Part shown: piece by piece, positions 37,321-47,196 of the stretch
How positions within the stretch are numbered: position 1 is the stretch's first letter
How the letters are laid out: every line of letters begins with the position of its first letter
IMG/VR virus record: IMGVR_UViG_3300033066_002431
Location: 1-64,000 of that record
Direction: 5' to 3' (one strand)
From: a virus
Lineage: Duplodnaviria; Caudoviricetes
DNA length: 64,000 bases
Notes under the pieces: generated by a model
What the model was told of the DNA's origin: nothing
What the model saw: the letters and a program-made list of their open reading frames with translations, nothing else
The model's database searches: none
Made by a program: the position numbers and the translations under genes

Positions 37321-38858
37321 TGGCCGAGATCGATATCATCCTGCCGGAGCTGGACGACATCGCCGCGGACTTCCGCGACGCGTGGCAGGTGCGCGGCGAA
37401 GCGGCCAATCCTCCGCGCATCATCGACGTGAGCGAGGGCACGTTGCCCCACAAGGCCTCGCTCGCCACGGCGACGGTGACACTACCGTTCTACTACAACC
37501 ACAACACCATCGCGCGCAGCTTCATCGTGCGCGGCATGACGGGGGACCGGCTCGAGGCCTACGCGCGCGAGAGGCTCCTCCCGAACGATGACGGCACGAT
37601 CCGTCTCCCGGCAACGGGCGGCAGCGGCTACTTCGAAGCCACGAAGATCGCCGCAGGCGGCGCCTCCATCCTGCAAGGCACGGTGGTGCTTCACCGTGCG
37701 TCGAGCACCCGGTATCAGGTGGTAGTCTCCGCCACGTATTACGACGGCGACCCCATCCCGATTCAGGGCATCTCGACGGGGGCGAGTACCAACCTGGATG
37801 CGGACGAGCCGCTCGTCTTCGACTCTCCGCCGGCGGGCTGCTCGCAAGGCGGGCTCGTGCTTGCGCAGAACGACGGCACGGGCGTCTTGGTGGGCCTCAC
37901 GGGCGGCCGAGAGGCGGAGACGGACCCCGAACTGCAAGACCGCGTCATCGAAGCGCAGAGCGAGCCTCCGGCCGCCGGCAACAGCGCGGAGATCGTCCAG
38001 AAGGCGCAGAAGACCGGCGGCGTCCCTGTCCAGAAGGCCTTCGCGATTCCCGCGTGGTTTGGCCCCGGAGCGACGAGCGTCCCGTTCATCCTGCGGCCCG
38101 ATTCGTCGATCACGCGCATCCCGAACAGCACGCAGATCGGGCTCGTCGAAACGAACCTCCGTGCGAGCTTCCCCACCGACTACTCGATCACGGTTCCGAT
38201 CGTGTTGCCGCAGAACTTCACGATCGCGATCGGCGTGACTTGGCTGAACGCGGCGCGCGGCTTCACGGACCTCGTTCCCTGGCCGGAGTACATCCCCGGC
38301 GATCCGGTCGTGGTGGACGCGGGGGTGACGCCGTCTTCGTACGCGCTGCGCGCCACCACGGGGACCGACACGACCGCTCCCCAGGTGGGGCAGACCGTCG
38401 CGCTCTACGACCTCACCGCGCGCCGCTTCCGCCGCAAACGCATCGCGACGGTCACCGAGGTGGTGGCCGATCGAAGCTGGGATCTGACTTTCTCGACGAC
38501 GCTCGGCGCGTCGGAGGTGTTCGTCCCCTCGGAGAACGCGCTCCTCTCGCCCTTCTCGTCGAGCATGCAGCGGCTCGTCGCTCCGATCGTCGACTACACG
38601 CGCACGCTCGGCCCCGGCGAGCAATTCGCCTCGCTGCCCGACCCTGGAGGCCGCAGGCGGCGTTGGCCGTTCTCCCCTGATGCGTGGCCCAGCACCGTGA
38701 CGAACGAGGGCCTGGTGAACGCGGCGAAGCTCGGCGGGGCCATCTCGGACAGCGAGGTGCTCCTGCCGGCCGTGCCGTTCGCCACCACGGTGGGGACGCC
38801 CGGCGTGAGCGTGTACCTCCTCCAACTCGCCGATCTCGGCATCTTCAAGCAGACGTGA
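37320..38858 (+). CDS. Baseplate J-like protein (Mu gp47-like)
   Basis: GG.EAETD.ELQDRV....PPAAGN..., GPG...V motif. Confidence 0.9.
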   Translation: MAEIDIILPELDDIAADFRDAWQVRGEAANPPRIIDVSEGTLPHKASLATATVTLPFYYNHNTIARSFIVRGMTGDRLEAYARERLLPNDDGTIRLPATGGSGYFEATKIAAGGASILQGTVVLHRASSTRYQVVVSATYYDGDPIPIQGISTGASTNLDADEPLVFDSPPAGCSQGGLVLAQNDGTGVLVGLTGGREAETDPELQDRVIEAQSEPPAAGNSAEIVQKAQKTGGVPVQKAFAIPAWFGPGATSVPFILRPDSSITRIPNSTQIGLVETNLRASFPTDYSITVPIVLPQNFTIAIGVTWLNAARGFTDLVPWPEYIPGDPVVVDAGVTPSSYALRATTGTDTTAPQVGQTVALYDLTARRFRRKRIATVTEVVADRSWDLTFSTTLGASEVFVPSENALLSPFSSSMQRLVAPIVDYTRTLGPGEQFASLPDPGGRRRRWPFSPDAWPSTVTNEGLVNAAKLGGAISDSEVLLPAVPFATTVGTPGVSVYLLQLADLGIFKQT

Positions 38859-38864
38859 GGCACC

Positions 38865-39368
38865 ATGGGCGCGCCCGATAACAAGTACACCTACGAGCTC
38901 GAGATCGCCGATGGCGGTCCGCACCGCCCGGACCTCGCCGACCTCGGAGGAGCGGACTTCCAAGACCGCGTGGGGAGCCCTCCGAAGAAGGGGCGCGACC
39001 CGTACGCCGGCCTCTACTGCGAGACGGCGCGCAACCTCGCCGGACTCAACCGCGTGGGGTGGGTCTGCGGCTTGTGGATCGAGTGGGATAGCGGCCTGAG
39101 CGAGTGGAGCGTCATCCATGCCGCGGCGATGGCGAGCGAGACGTGGCTCACCGAGGAGAGCTTCACCGTCACCCCCGGCCCGACCGGCACCGTCACGGTG
39201 TCGTGGGACGCGGGGCTCCTCCCCGCGCTGGCGCGCAAGCCCATCGTCGAGATGACGGACGGCTTCGAGCGCGGCTACGGCACGATCGATGGGACCAGCG
39301 TGATCGTGCGCATTCACGACGAAGCGGGCAGCAACGCGAACGCGAACTTCGTGCTCTGGATCGGATAA
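38865..39368 (+). CDS. Hypothetical baseplate-region protein
   Basis: GAGG SD; in operon. Confidence 0.7.
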   Translation: MGAPDNKYTYELEIADGGPHRPDLADLGGADFQDRVGSPPKKGRDPYAGLYCETARNLAGLNRVGWVCGLWIEWDSGLSEWSVIHAAAMASETWLTEESFTVTPGPTGTVTVSWDAGLLPALARKPIVEMTDGFERGYGTIDGTSVIVRIHDEAGSNANANFVLWIG

Positions 39369-40361
39369 GTGCAGCCCTCCCTCTTCACTTCCGGCGGCCT
39401 GCTTCTCCTGAGCGGCGAGAAGCCCAGCGCGGAGATGCTCCACGAGACGATCGTGCGGTTGCTCTCCACGGGCGAGCCTGGCGATCTGTCCACCGAGGTG
39501 GGGTCGTGGGTGGACTGCTTCGCGTTCGCGCTGGCGACGGTGCTCGCGCGCGTTCAGGTGCGGCAGCGCCAGCTCAACGAAGAGCGGCTCGCCGTCGGGG
39601 CGTACGAGCTTCTCGCGGCGTTGGAGGAGGAGTTCGGTCTCAGTTCAGGGCCGGAGGACACCATCGCGCAGCGGCAAGCGGCGCTCCTCGCAGCCGGCAA
39701 GGCCGCGCTCGGCAGCCGGCGTCCCGCGCTCGAACAGGCGCTTGCCGATCTGCTCGGCGACGACTTCATCGGGATCCACGTGCCCGACCCGGCGAGCGAG
39801 GTCGACATCTGGCCGGCGGACCTCGGGGACGACCCGCAGCTTCTTGCGGAGGCCGACATCCCCCGCAAGCTCGTGGAGCTGCCAAACAGCATCTCGACGG
39901 GCCTCGGGGCGGCGCAGTACGTGGCCTACGTGCCGCTCGCGCCCACGACGACGGACGGATCGCACACGCTGCTCGTGGGTGACCAGATCGTGGTGGGGGT
40001 CGACAACCTTGGACTCGCCGAGACGGTCACCATCACGGCACTTGCGACCGATGGCGACACCCTCCTTTTCGAGGCGGTGCTGAACAACGCGCACGACAGC
40101 GGATCGCTGGCCGTGGCGATGCCCTTCCCGGCGTGGGGGAGCGCGCAACGGCACATCTTCGTGGTGCTCACCGAGGCGGCTGCGCTGGACGCGGAAAAGC
40201 GCCGCAAGACGCACGTGCTCATGGCCAAGACCGTGACGGGGATCACCACGTGGTCGATCTCCCCGGAGAGCGCGGCGGGGCAGGCGGGACCGTGGACGCT
40301 GGATGACCCCGTGCTCGGGGCGCTCGACTTCAACCCGATGGACGTCATCACCGTCCCGTAA
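39369..40361 (+). CDS. Baseplate wedge protein (Mu gp48/DUF2313-like)
   Basis: ELLAALEEEFGL...TIAQRQAALLA motif. Confidence 0.75.
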   Translation: MQPSLFTSGGLLLLSGEKPSAEMLHETIVRLLSTGEPGDLSTEVGSWVDCFAFALATVLARVQVRQRQLNEERLAVGAYELLAALEEEFGLSSGPEDTIAQRQAALLAAGKAALGSRRPALEQALADLLGDDFIGIHVPDPASEVDIWPADLGDDPQLLAEADIPRKLVELPNSISTGLGAAQYVAYVPLAPTTTDGSHTLLVGDQIVVGVDNLGLAETVTITALATDGDTLLFEAVLNNAHDSGSLAVAMPFPAWGSAQRHIFVVLTEAAALDAEKRRKTHVLMAKTVTGITTWSISPESAAGQAGPWTLDDPVLGALDFNPMDVITVP

Positions 40362-40367
40362 GGACCT

Positions 40368-41693
40368 ATGGGCCACTTCACCTATCCCGCCGGCACGCCG
40401 CTCGGCACCGTCCCCTTCGGTTACGTCGTGCCGTCTGCCGAGTGGCAGTCGACCATCCGGCAAATTTTCAAGGCCATCAACGGCGACGAGGGCGGCACGT
40501 GGGCGCCGTCCAGCTTCATCGTGGTGGGTGGGTCCGGCTTCTCCCTCACGGGGACCGGACATCAGATCGCAGCGAGCGCGCGGCTCACCGTCCAGAGCAC
40601 CGGCGAGATCCGCGTGGCCAACGGTGGCCTGATGCGGCTCGACGGCTCGGGCGGCGACATCCTGATGAAGGTGGCGTCCAACATCGCCACGATCGAGGTG
40701 GAGAGCGGCGCCGTCGTGCAGGTGAACGCGGGCGGTGCGCTCGACGTGTACGGCTCGGCCACCTTCAAGTCGGGCGGCACCGGGCAGTGGGAGAGCGGCT
40801 CCAACGCCACCTTCCTCTCGGGCTCCACGTTCACCCTGGCGAGCGGGGCGACGGCCAACCTGACCGGCAGCACGCTCGTGCGTGGCACGTTGACGATCAA
40901 GGCCAGCGGCGGCCCTGGCAGCCTCGTGATCGAGGCCGGCACCACCAACCCGTTCGCCGGCCTCATTCAACTGCTGTCGACGTCGGAGTTGCGGTTCACC
41001 GCGGGCTCAGCGCTCACCGGCACGATCGAGGTGAGCGGCGACACGTCGTCGATCACGCTCAAAGACGGCATGACCCTCACCGCAGAAGCGGGCGCCGATG
41101 GCGACTGGGATGGGACGTGGGTCTTCCGGGGGACGTCGATGACGCTCGCCGAAGGGCTCGACGTCACGCTGTCACCGGCCCGCTCGTGGACGCGGCGCGG
41201 GTATCGGGTGGCAGCGACGACCTATAACGCGAGCCTTGCGGCCGCAATCGGCGATGCCTTCTCGAGCGTCTACACGAGCACGCCAACCATCCTTCTGAAT
41301 GGGAGTATTTCGTCCATCACTCAGAAGGCGATCATCGAGATCGAGACTCCACCAGATGGCGCTACTGCGGTGAGCGTCAGCGTGAAGTGCCAGGGACTCA
41401 CGTCCGAAGCGATCACGGCCACGCCGACATACCGGCTGATTCGATGGCAGGGCAGTCTCACCGGCGCGACCTCGAACATGTCCGCCATCGCGACGGACGT
41501 TCACGACGGCACGGCGCCCAACTGGGTCACGACCGAAACAACGACGTTCGTCGTCACCGCAAACGCCACCATCGACAGGACGTATCGCTATGGCGTGCTC
41601 GTCACGTTCCCGGTCAACTCGACGGGTGACACGTCGATGGCAGAACTCGACATCGAGTTGACCGGAACGACGACAACGATCACGGGGAGGTAA
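40368..41693 (+). CDS. Tail fibre/baseplate-attached beta-helical protein
   Basis: AAGGA SD; Gly/Ser/Thr-rich adhesin-like beta repeats; follows gp48-like gene. Confidence 0.6.
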   Translation: MGHFTYPAGTPLGTVPFGYVVPSAEWQSTIRQIFKAINGDEGGTWAPSSFIVVGGSGFSLTGTGHQIAASARLTVQSTGEIRVANGGLMRLDGSGGDILMKVASNIATIEVESGAVVQVNAGGALDVYGSATFKSGGTGQWESGSNATFLSGSTFTLASGATANLTGSTLVRGTLTIKASGGPGSLVIEAGTTNPFAGLIQLLSTSELRFTAGSALTGTIEVSGDTSSITLKDGMTLTAEAGADGDWDGTWVFRGTSMTLAEGLDVTLSPARSWTRRGYRVAATTYNASLAAAIGDAFSSVYTSTPTILLNGSISSITQKAIIEIETPPDGATAVSVSVKCQGLTSEAITATPTYRLIRWQGSLTGATSNMSAIATDVHDGTAPNWVTTETTTFVVTANATIDRTYRYGVLVTFPVNSTGDTSMAELDIELTGTTTTITGR

Positions 41694-41928
41694 GCGCGCA
41701 AACTTGCGGTACGCAGACGCCGGATGAACACCATCCGATGGCGACACCGGCGCTACCGCTCTCGCCCGGGATGCAGCACATCCCCCCGAAGCGTTTTTGA
41801 CACCAGTCCTTCGGCTGTTCGCACGTGCAAGCCCCCTCGCACGTCACCAGCGTCGGCTTCCCCTCGCATTCCTGCGGAACCGTACACCCAGCCAGCCCAG
41901 CGAACACCAGCACGAGCATGAGTCGCAT
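41680..41928 (-). CDS. Small Cys-rich lipoprotein
   Basis: MRLMLVLVFAGLAGC lipobox and about 10 Cys; TGATG coupling to the upstream minus-strand gene. Confidence 0.7.
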   Translation of the reverse strand: MRLMLVLVFAGLAGCTVPQECEGKPTLVTCEGACTCEQPKDWCQKRFGGMCCIPGESGSAGVAIGWCSSGVCVPQVCALTSP

Positions 41929-42629
41929 CACAGACCTCCGCAGTCGGCGAGCCCGAAGTACAGAGCCCCGTCCGTGCCCGGCTCGTCGGGGAGATCCTCG
42001 GAGAGCAAGTGCCACCCCTTCCCTTCCGGCACCGGCCGGTACCGCATCGCTCGGGCCGGGTCGCACGACGGCATCACCGCCGGACAGAAATTCTCCCGCA
42101 CGATGGCTCCGACGAACGGGTAAAGCTCGGGCGTGTGCTCGGAGTGGACAGGCAATCGGACCTCGAAAATCGCGGGGTCGGACGTGGGGAAGAGCGGTCC
42201 AGAGACCGGCACGGTGGTGATGCCCGCCACCCCATCAGGGATCAGCGGCAACAGGGTGTCGAACGTCACCACGTCGATCGCGCTCGGCACCTCGCACGGC
42301 GCGGGGCCAACAGCGAGGCCGACGATCACGGTTTCGCACGCCGTGGGCGTGCTGAAGGGCGGCAGGACACTGGCCACGATGCCGTCGATCTCCACAGGGA
42401 GCGGGACCAGTGGGCCGAACGGATTGCTCGCGGGGTCATACCCGAGGAGCGGATCGGAGCAGTCCGGAGCGAGGCCGAGCATTCCCCCCGTGTCACCACC
42501 GCCGGGCGCTGTCCCCCCTTCGCCGCCGGTCCCGCCCCCACCGCAGTGAGCGAAGAATGGGATGTAGACTTGCGGCTGGTAACAGCCAGCCACGGTCATG
42601 AAGCACAAGAACGCCAAGATGGTTCGCAT
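41928..42629 (-). CDS. Lipoprotein with Gly-rich linker
   Basis: MRTILAFLCFMTVAGC lipobox, GGGGTGGEGG linker, AGGAG SD. Confidence 0.8.
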   Translation of the reverse strand: MRTILAFLCFMTVAGCYQPQVYIPFFAHCGGGGTGGEGGTAPGGGDTGGMLGLAPDCSDPLLGYDPASNPFGPLVPLPVEIDGIVASVLPPFSTPTACETVIVGLAVGPAPCEVPSAIDVVTFDTLLPLIPDGVAGITTVPVSGPLFPTSDPAIFEVRLPVHSEHTPELYPFVGAIVRENFCPAVMPSCDPARAMRYRPVPEGKGWHLLSEDLPDEPGTDGALYFGLADCGGL

Positions 42630-42814
42630 AACGTTGTCTCCTATTGGAAGTGCCGCGTGTACAGCACGAGCTTGCGTAAAATTGAAGCACAATCGCATAC
42701 GTGCGTGACGTTTGCGCCCTCTTCATGCGCACGGTCGACACCATTGTCGATACTGGGCGCGTGTCCAGCGAAGTCCCCCGCATCGCGCTTTCACCTCTCT
42801 GACTTGAGGTCTTC

Positions 42815-45640
42815 ATGGCTAGTGCAATTCTGAGGTTCCGGCTCGACGGCGGCGCGGTCCACACGACTAGTGTCTCGGACACTCCCGTCAATCTGGCGGA
42901 GAAGACCGTCTCTCTCTCGGCGTCCAGCTACGCCGGGTGGCGCTCGGCCGTTTGGATGATCGCCGAGTTCCCCGACGGCTTCGCCTGCCCAGCCGGGTGG
43001 ACCACGAACGCAACAGGCATCTACGTCTACGCGGCCGACCCCATCACGGGCACCACGCCACCGGACTTCGACCTTCCGAGCACGGCCGACATCGATGCCG
43101 GACAGTGGGGCAAATTCGAGTTCCGGCTGCTCGTAAACGCCACCACCTACTCGCAGAAGCTCGGGGTCGAGATCCTCTCGAACAACGGCGTCCACGACCT
43201 CGCGTACGGCGAAGAAGACGAGTTCGGGGGCGCGCAGCGCCAGTGGGTGGGAGACCAGAAGACGAACCTGCGCACCTTCGACGGCGCGCTCGCCGGTGGG
43301 GCTCCCGTCGGTGCGAAGTACCTGATCAAGGAAGCGAACGTGTCGCTCCCGCTCGCCACCGTGTGGACGTCGATCACGACCACCGTGGACTTCACGAGCA
43401 CGTCGACCATCCCCTGCTCGTTCGTTCGGCAGCAAGCGACGACGAACACCGCGGTCGACGCGATGCGGGTCGAGTCGTCCAGCTCGACGACGGCCGCGAA
43501 CAACTTCGGCGTGGCGTGCCTCTACCGTGCAGCGAACAAAGACGCTGGACGGCTCGCGTTCATCTTCACGGACATCACCGGAGCCAGCGAAGACTCCCAA
43601 GTCGTGATCCAGCTTCGCACGGCGGGCGCGGCGCTCGCGGATGCCTTCCTCCTCTCGGGGACCACGTGGCAGGTTCCGCAGCTCGGCGGCAACGGTACGG
43701 GCATCCTCGCCGTCGACAACAGCGGCAACATCACGTGGGCGGCTGGCGGCTCGGGTGCGCCATCGGACGCGCCGTACCTCACCGTGGGTGCCGTGTCGGG
43801 CCTCTCCGCAGAGGTCGACATCACCGCGGTGACGAGCACCGTGGCGTTCGCGTCGAGCACGGTGGTGCCGCTCTCGGTCACCCGAGCGGACACGGTCACG
43901 AACACCATGGTCGACGTGCTCACCAGCTCGGCGACGACGTCGAGCACGGCGACGACAAACTTCGGCGTCGGCCACCTCTACAAGGCCGAGAACGCGGACG
44001 GCTTCAACGTCGACATCGGCCGACACGGCTACCGCTGGGTCGACGCTGGATCGCTCTCCGCCGTGTCGGAGTACATCATCCAGCTTCGGCTTGCTGGCGA
44101 TGGCCTTGCGACGAAGCTTACCCTCTCGGGGACGGGCCTCCTCACCGTCGCGAATCTCACCCTCTCGGGACTTGCTACCGGCTACCTCTACGCGACGTCG
44201 GGCGCCGTCTCGATCGGTGCGACGCAGCCAGCGCCGAGTGATGCCCCCTTCCTGACGGTGGGGGCCGTGTCGGGCCTCTCCGCGGAGGTGAACGTCAACG
44301 CCATCAGCACGACGGTGGTCTTCGGATCAACGTCGACCGAGCCGTGCGACTTCCGGCGGACCGACAACAGTACGAACAGCGCGATCAACGTCTGCACGTT
44401 CCGGCGCGCGGTGAACGGCACCGCGGCGGCCAACAGCGGCGGCCTGCTCACCTTCGAAGCGCAGGATGCTTCCGGCGGCTTCCCCGTAGCCGGCTACCTG
44501 TCGTGGATCCTCACCACGGCAACGGCCGGCGGCGAGGTGAGCGAGCTCGGGCTGTGGACGCGCACGGGAGGCGGCGCCCTCGCGAAGAACGCCTACCTCA
44601 CCGGCGCCGGCAACTGGGTCGTGGTCGGCACCGTTTCGGGTGCAAACGTCACCACAGACGGCCGCTTCGATCGCTCGACATCGGGCACTGCCCTCTTCGG
44701 AACGAGCACGGCGACGGCGGTCACCGTTGGAAAGACGGGCATCACCGTCACCGTCCCCGGCGCCTTCGCGGTGACCCAGACGTCCGTCTTCTCGGACGCC
44801 GTCACCATCAACAAGGACAACATCACGACGACGCAGACCAGCGCGCTCGTGATCGCGAACGACACGAACAGCGGCACGCAGTACACGGGGCAGCTCGGTT
44901 TCCGGGCGTACGGCAGCGGCACCATCATCCAGATGGGCATGCGGCTCGAACCGCAGAGCGCGAGCCGCGGCAAGCTCGTCGTGTACTACGGCACGGGGAG
45001 CGGCGTGCCGGCGAACACCGCGACCTACTTCGACAACAACGACCCGAACTTCGGGACGTGCGTCGTCGCCGACTGCTTCGTGATCCGGAGCACGAGCACC
45101 ACGGGCTTCCGCTACGACGTGTCCGCCAACCGCGGAGGGTTCGACCAGAACGGTTCGAACTGGATGCGGATCAAGAGCTACAACACGAAGGGCATCGTCC
45201 TCGAGACGGGCGCGGACAGCGGCGGGTCCGGCGGCGTCGAGCGCTTCTTCATCGACGGCAGCGGCAAGGGCCGCGCGATCTTCGTCCCCCACGTCGTCAC
45301 CAGCTCGTCCGGGGCGGTCACCTTCCCGCTCGCCACGTGCTGCAACATCCGGCACACGACGACGGAGAGCACGACCGTCACGATCTCGGGCGCGACCCCC
45401 GGCATGCACGGCTTCCTGGACGTCATTCAGGGAGCGAGCGGCAAGGTGGTCACTTTGCCGATCAACGGTTCTGGCATCGAGTACAGCGCGGAGATCATGG
45501 CGCTCAACGGCGGCGTGAACCCTGAGCAATACGCGATTGACCAGACGGCGAACACTCGCACGGTGCTCGAGTACTACGTGACGGACAGCCCTGCGACACG
45601 GCTCGTGATCACGTCGCGCTTCGTTCACGTCCTCCCCTGA
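42815..45640 (+). CDS. Long tail fibre protein with three internal modules
   Basis: 941 aa, Thr/Ser/Gly-rich; repeated SDAP(Y/F)LTVGAVSGLSAEV modules; phage-fibre-like C-terminus. Confidence 0.85.
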   Translation: MASAILRFRLDGGAVHTTSVSDTPVNLAEKTVSLSASSYAGWRSAVWMIAEFPDGFACPAGWTTNATGIYVYAADPITGTTPPDFDLPSTADIDAGQWGKFEFRLLVNATTYSQKLGVEILSNNGVHDLAYGEEDEFGGAQRQWVGDQKTNLRTFDGALAGGAPVGAKYLIKEANVSLPLATVWTSITTTVDFTSTSTIPCSFVRQQATTNTAVDAMRVESSSSTTAANNFGVACLYRAANKDAGRLAFIFTDITGASEDSQVVIQLRTAGAALADAFLLSGTTWQVPQLGGNGTGILAVDNSGNITWAAGGSGAPSDAPYLTVGAVSGLSAEVDITAVTSTVAFASSTVVPLSVTRADTVTNTMVDVLTSSATTSSTATTNFGVGHLYKAENADGFNVDIGRHGYRWVDAGSLSAVSEYIIQLRLAGDGLATKLTLSGTGLLTVANLTLSGLATGYLYATSGAVSIGATQPAPSDAPFLTVGAVSGLSAEVNVNAISTTVVFGSTSTEPCDFRRTDNSTNSAINVCTFRRAVNGTAAANSGGLLTFEAQDASGGFPVAGYLSWILTTATAGGEVSELGLWTRTGGGALAKNAYLTGAGNWVVVGTVSGANVTTDGRFDRSTSGTALFGTSTATAVTVGKTGITVTVPGAFAVTQTSVFSDAVTINKDNITTTQTSALVIANDTNSGTQYTGQLGFRAYGSGTIIQMGMRLEPQSASRGKLVVYYGTGSGVPANTATYFDNNDPNFGTCVVADCFVIRSTSTTGFRYDVSANRGGFDQNGSNWMRIKSYNTKGIVLETGADSGGSGGVERFFIDGSGKGRAIFVPHVVTSSSGAVTFPLATCCNIRHTTTESTTVTISGATPGMHGFLDVIQGASGKVVTLPINGSGIEYSAEIMALNGGVNPEQYAIDQTANTRTVLEYYVTDSPATRLVITSRFVHVLP

Positions 45641-45649
45641 AAGAACACC

Positions 45650-45916
45650 ATGGCAGCCAAAGAAACCTTCCTCGCCGCGTGCGACGCGCTCGGCTGGACG
45701 ATCGCCGACGACTCGCCCGCTCTCGGCGACCTCGCGGAACACCTCTTCGATCACGCGGGGCGCGGGTCCGACCCGTGGTCCCTCGTGATGACGCGCGTAC
45801 GGGACGCGGCGCGCGAAGCGGCGGTCGGTGCCGACATCGCGATCGTGAAGAGCTTCCTCATCGAAGCAGCGGATCGTGCGACCGCGCGCGGCATTGCCCT
45901 GCCGGGTGCCTCGTGA
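45650..45916 (+). CDS. Hypothetical protein (possible fibre assembly protein)
   Basis: Directly after the fibre gene; GTGA coupling. Confidence 0.6.
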   Translation: MAAKETFLAACDALGWTIADDSPALGDLAEHLFDHAGRGSDPWSLVMTRVRDAAREAAVGADIAIVKSFLIEAADRATARGIALPGAS

Positions 45917-46149
45917 GGCGCGCGCTCGTCATTGCGGTGCTGCTGTTCTTCGCGCCGGTCTTCGTGGCCGCGTGCGCCACCGAGACGACCGACACGAACG
46001 GCGCTGGCGGCGGCGCTGCCGCGACGGACAAGTACACGAGCGCCTCGGCGTGCGTGGACGACTGCCAGGGCAGTGACCACCCGAACTGCGTCTCCATTTG
46101 CAACAGCACGGCGACGCTGTGCGCCGTCTCCAACCCAGGACTTCGATGA
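45913..46149 (+). CDS. Small Cys-rich lipoprotein
   Basis: RRALVIAVLLFFAPVFVAAC signal/lipobox, GAGGG linker, CxxxC pairs. Confidence 0.7.
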   Translation: MRRALVIAVLLFFAPVFVAACATETTDTNGAGGGAAATDKYTSASACVDDCQGSDHPNCVSICNSTATLCAVSNPGLR

Positions 46150-47129
46150 AACCCATTCTCCTCTTCCCCATCATGGGCGGACTGCTGATCGCTGCTTCAT
46201 GCGGCGGCACCTCGCCGGACTGCTTCTGTAACGGCGAGGTCGCTTCGGGCTGCGCGGAGGAATGCGCTTCCCACGACTCGCCCGAGCACGTCAGTGAAGC
46301 TGCAAGCGCACTGACCCTGTCGGCGTCGGCCTTCTACTCGATCGCCTACGCGGCCGGCTACGGGCCTTCGGACGGCTCGTACTGCAACAACCCAAGCATC
46401 AGCACGTGGTGCGAGTGCAACGTCGACTACACGGATGCGGCGGCACGTTGCAACGAACCGACGGCGACGGTGGTATGGGCGTTCCCCGCGCCTGCCTGCA
46501 CGGTCGCCAGCGCGTCGCTCACCTACCAGGCGATGGAAGGGGCTGCGGGGCGCACCGTCTCGATCCGGCGCATCCTCCGGCCCGTGGCGACCCCTCCGAT
46601 GGGGCTCGCGGGATCGTGCGTGACGGCGTCTGTGGCGTCGTGGTGGCGCTCCGGCCCCGAGGCGTGGACGGTCCCCGGTGCGAAGGGGGACGGCACCGAT
46701 CGCACCGCGACGGGCCCCTCCCGCACCCTCACGGCGACGTCGCTCCACACGGAGAGCTTCGACGTCACGGCCCTCGTGCAAGGGTGCCCGGCGTCGGGCG
46801 CGTGCGTGCTCGCGCAGTACGCTGACGCGCATGTGAGCGTGTACCCCGGTGCCGTGCTCGACATCGCGTGTGGCGCGGCGACGATCTGCGGGGACGGCAC
46901 CATCGAAGGCTCGGAGGCCTGCGACGACGGCAACACGGCCGGCGGCGACGGGTGTTCGGCCGCGTGCGCCGTGGAGACCGGCTGGACGTGCGCGGGCGCA
47001 CCGAGCGAGTGCCTCACCACGTGCGGCGATGGCATCGTGGCGGGCACCGAGGCCTGCGATGACGGCAACACCACAAGCCTGGACGGCTGCTCGGAGGCAT
47101 GCGCCCCCGAGGTCTGCGCCTGGCAGTAG
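46146..47129 (+). CDS. Lipoprotein with DNRLRE-like domain and two Myxococcus Cys-rich (DUF4215-type) repeats
   Basis: LIAASC lipobox; FDVTALVQG; CGDG.I...EACDDGN...GDGCS..C twice. Confidence 0.85.
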   Translation: MKPILLFPIMGGLLIAASCGGTSPDCFCNGEVASGCAEECASHDSPEHVSEAASALTLSASAFYSIAYAAGYGPSDGSYCNNPSISTWCECNVDYTDAAARCNEPTATVVWAFPAPACTVASASLTYQAMEGAAGRTVSIRRILRPVATPPMGLAGSCVTASVASWWRSGPEAWTVPGAKGDGTDRTATGPSRTLTATSLHTESFDVTALVQGCPASGACVLAQYADAHVSVYPGAVLDIACGAATICGDGTIEGSEACDDGNTAGGDGCSAACAVETGWTCAGAPSECLTTCGDGIVAGTEACDDGNTTSLDGCSEACAPEVCAWQ

Positions 47130-47133
47130 AGCT

Positions 47134-47187
47134 TCAGCAGCACGGGGGCCGGTCATCCCTCCGCTGGCCCCCGTGCTGCTGATTTTT
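47134..47187 (+). terminator. 19-bp stem hairpin followed by a T-tract (intrinsic terminator or processing site)
   Basis: tcagcagcacgggggccgg (47134-52) pairs with ctggcccccgtgctgctga (47164-82), then TTTTT. Confidence 0.65.
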
Positions 47188-47196
47188 GGAGACCCC

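Noticed and set aside
39366-39371. TAA immediately followed by in-frame GTG
   Set aside because: Adjacent stop/start is common in tight operons; there is no evidence for readthrough.
42735-42750. Small palindrome tcgaca-ccat-tgtcga upstream of the fibre gene
   Set aside because: Single short occurrence with no second copy; too weak to call.
18028-44170. ccctctcggg matches to the GNRA hairpin core (about 18029, 44121, 44160)
   Set aside because: All lie inside CDSs as TLSG codons and lack the flanking conserved core and outer stem.
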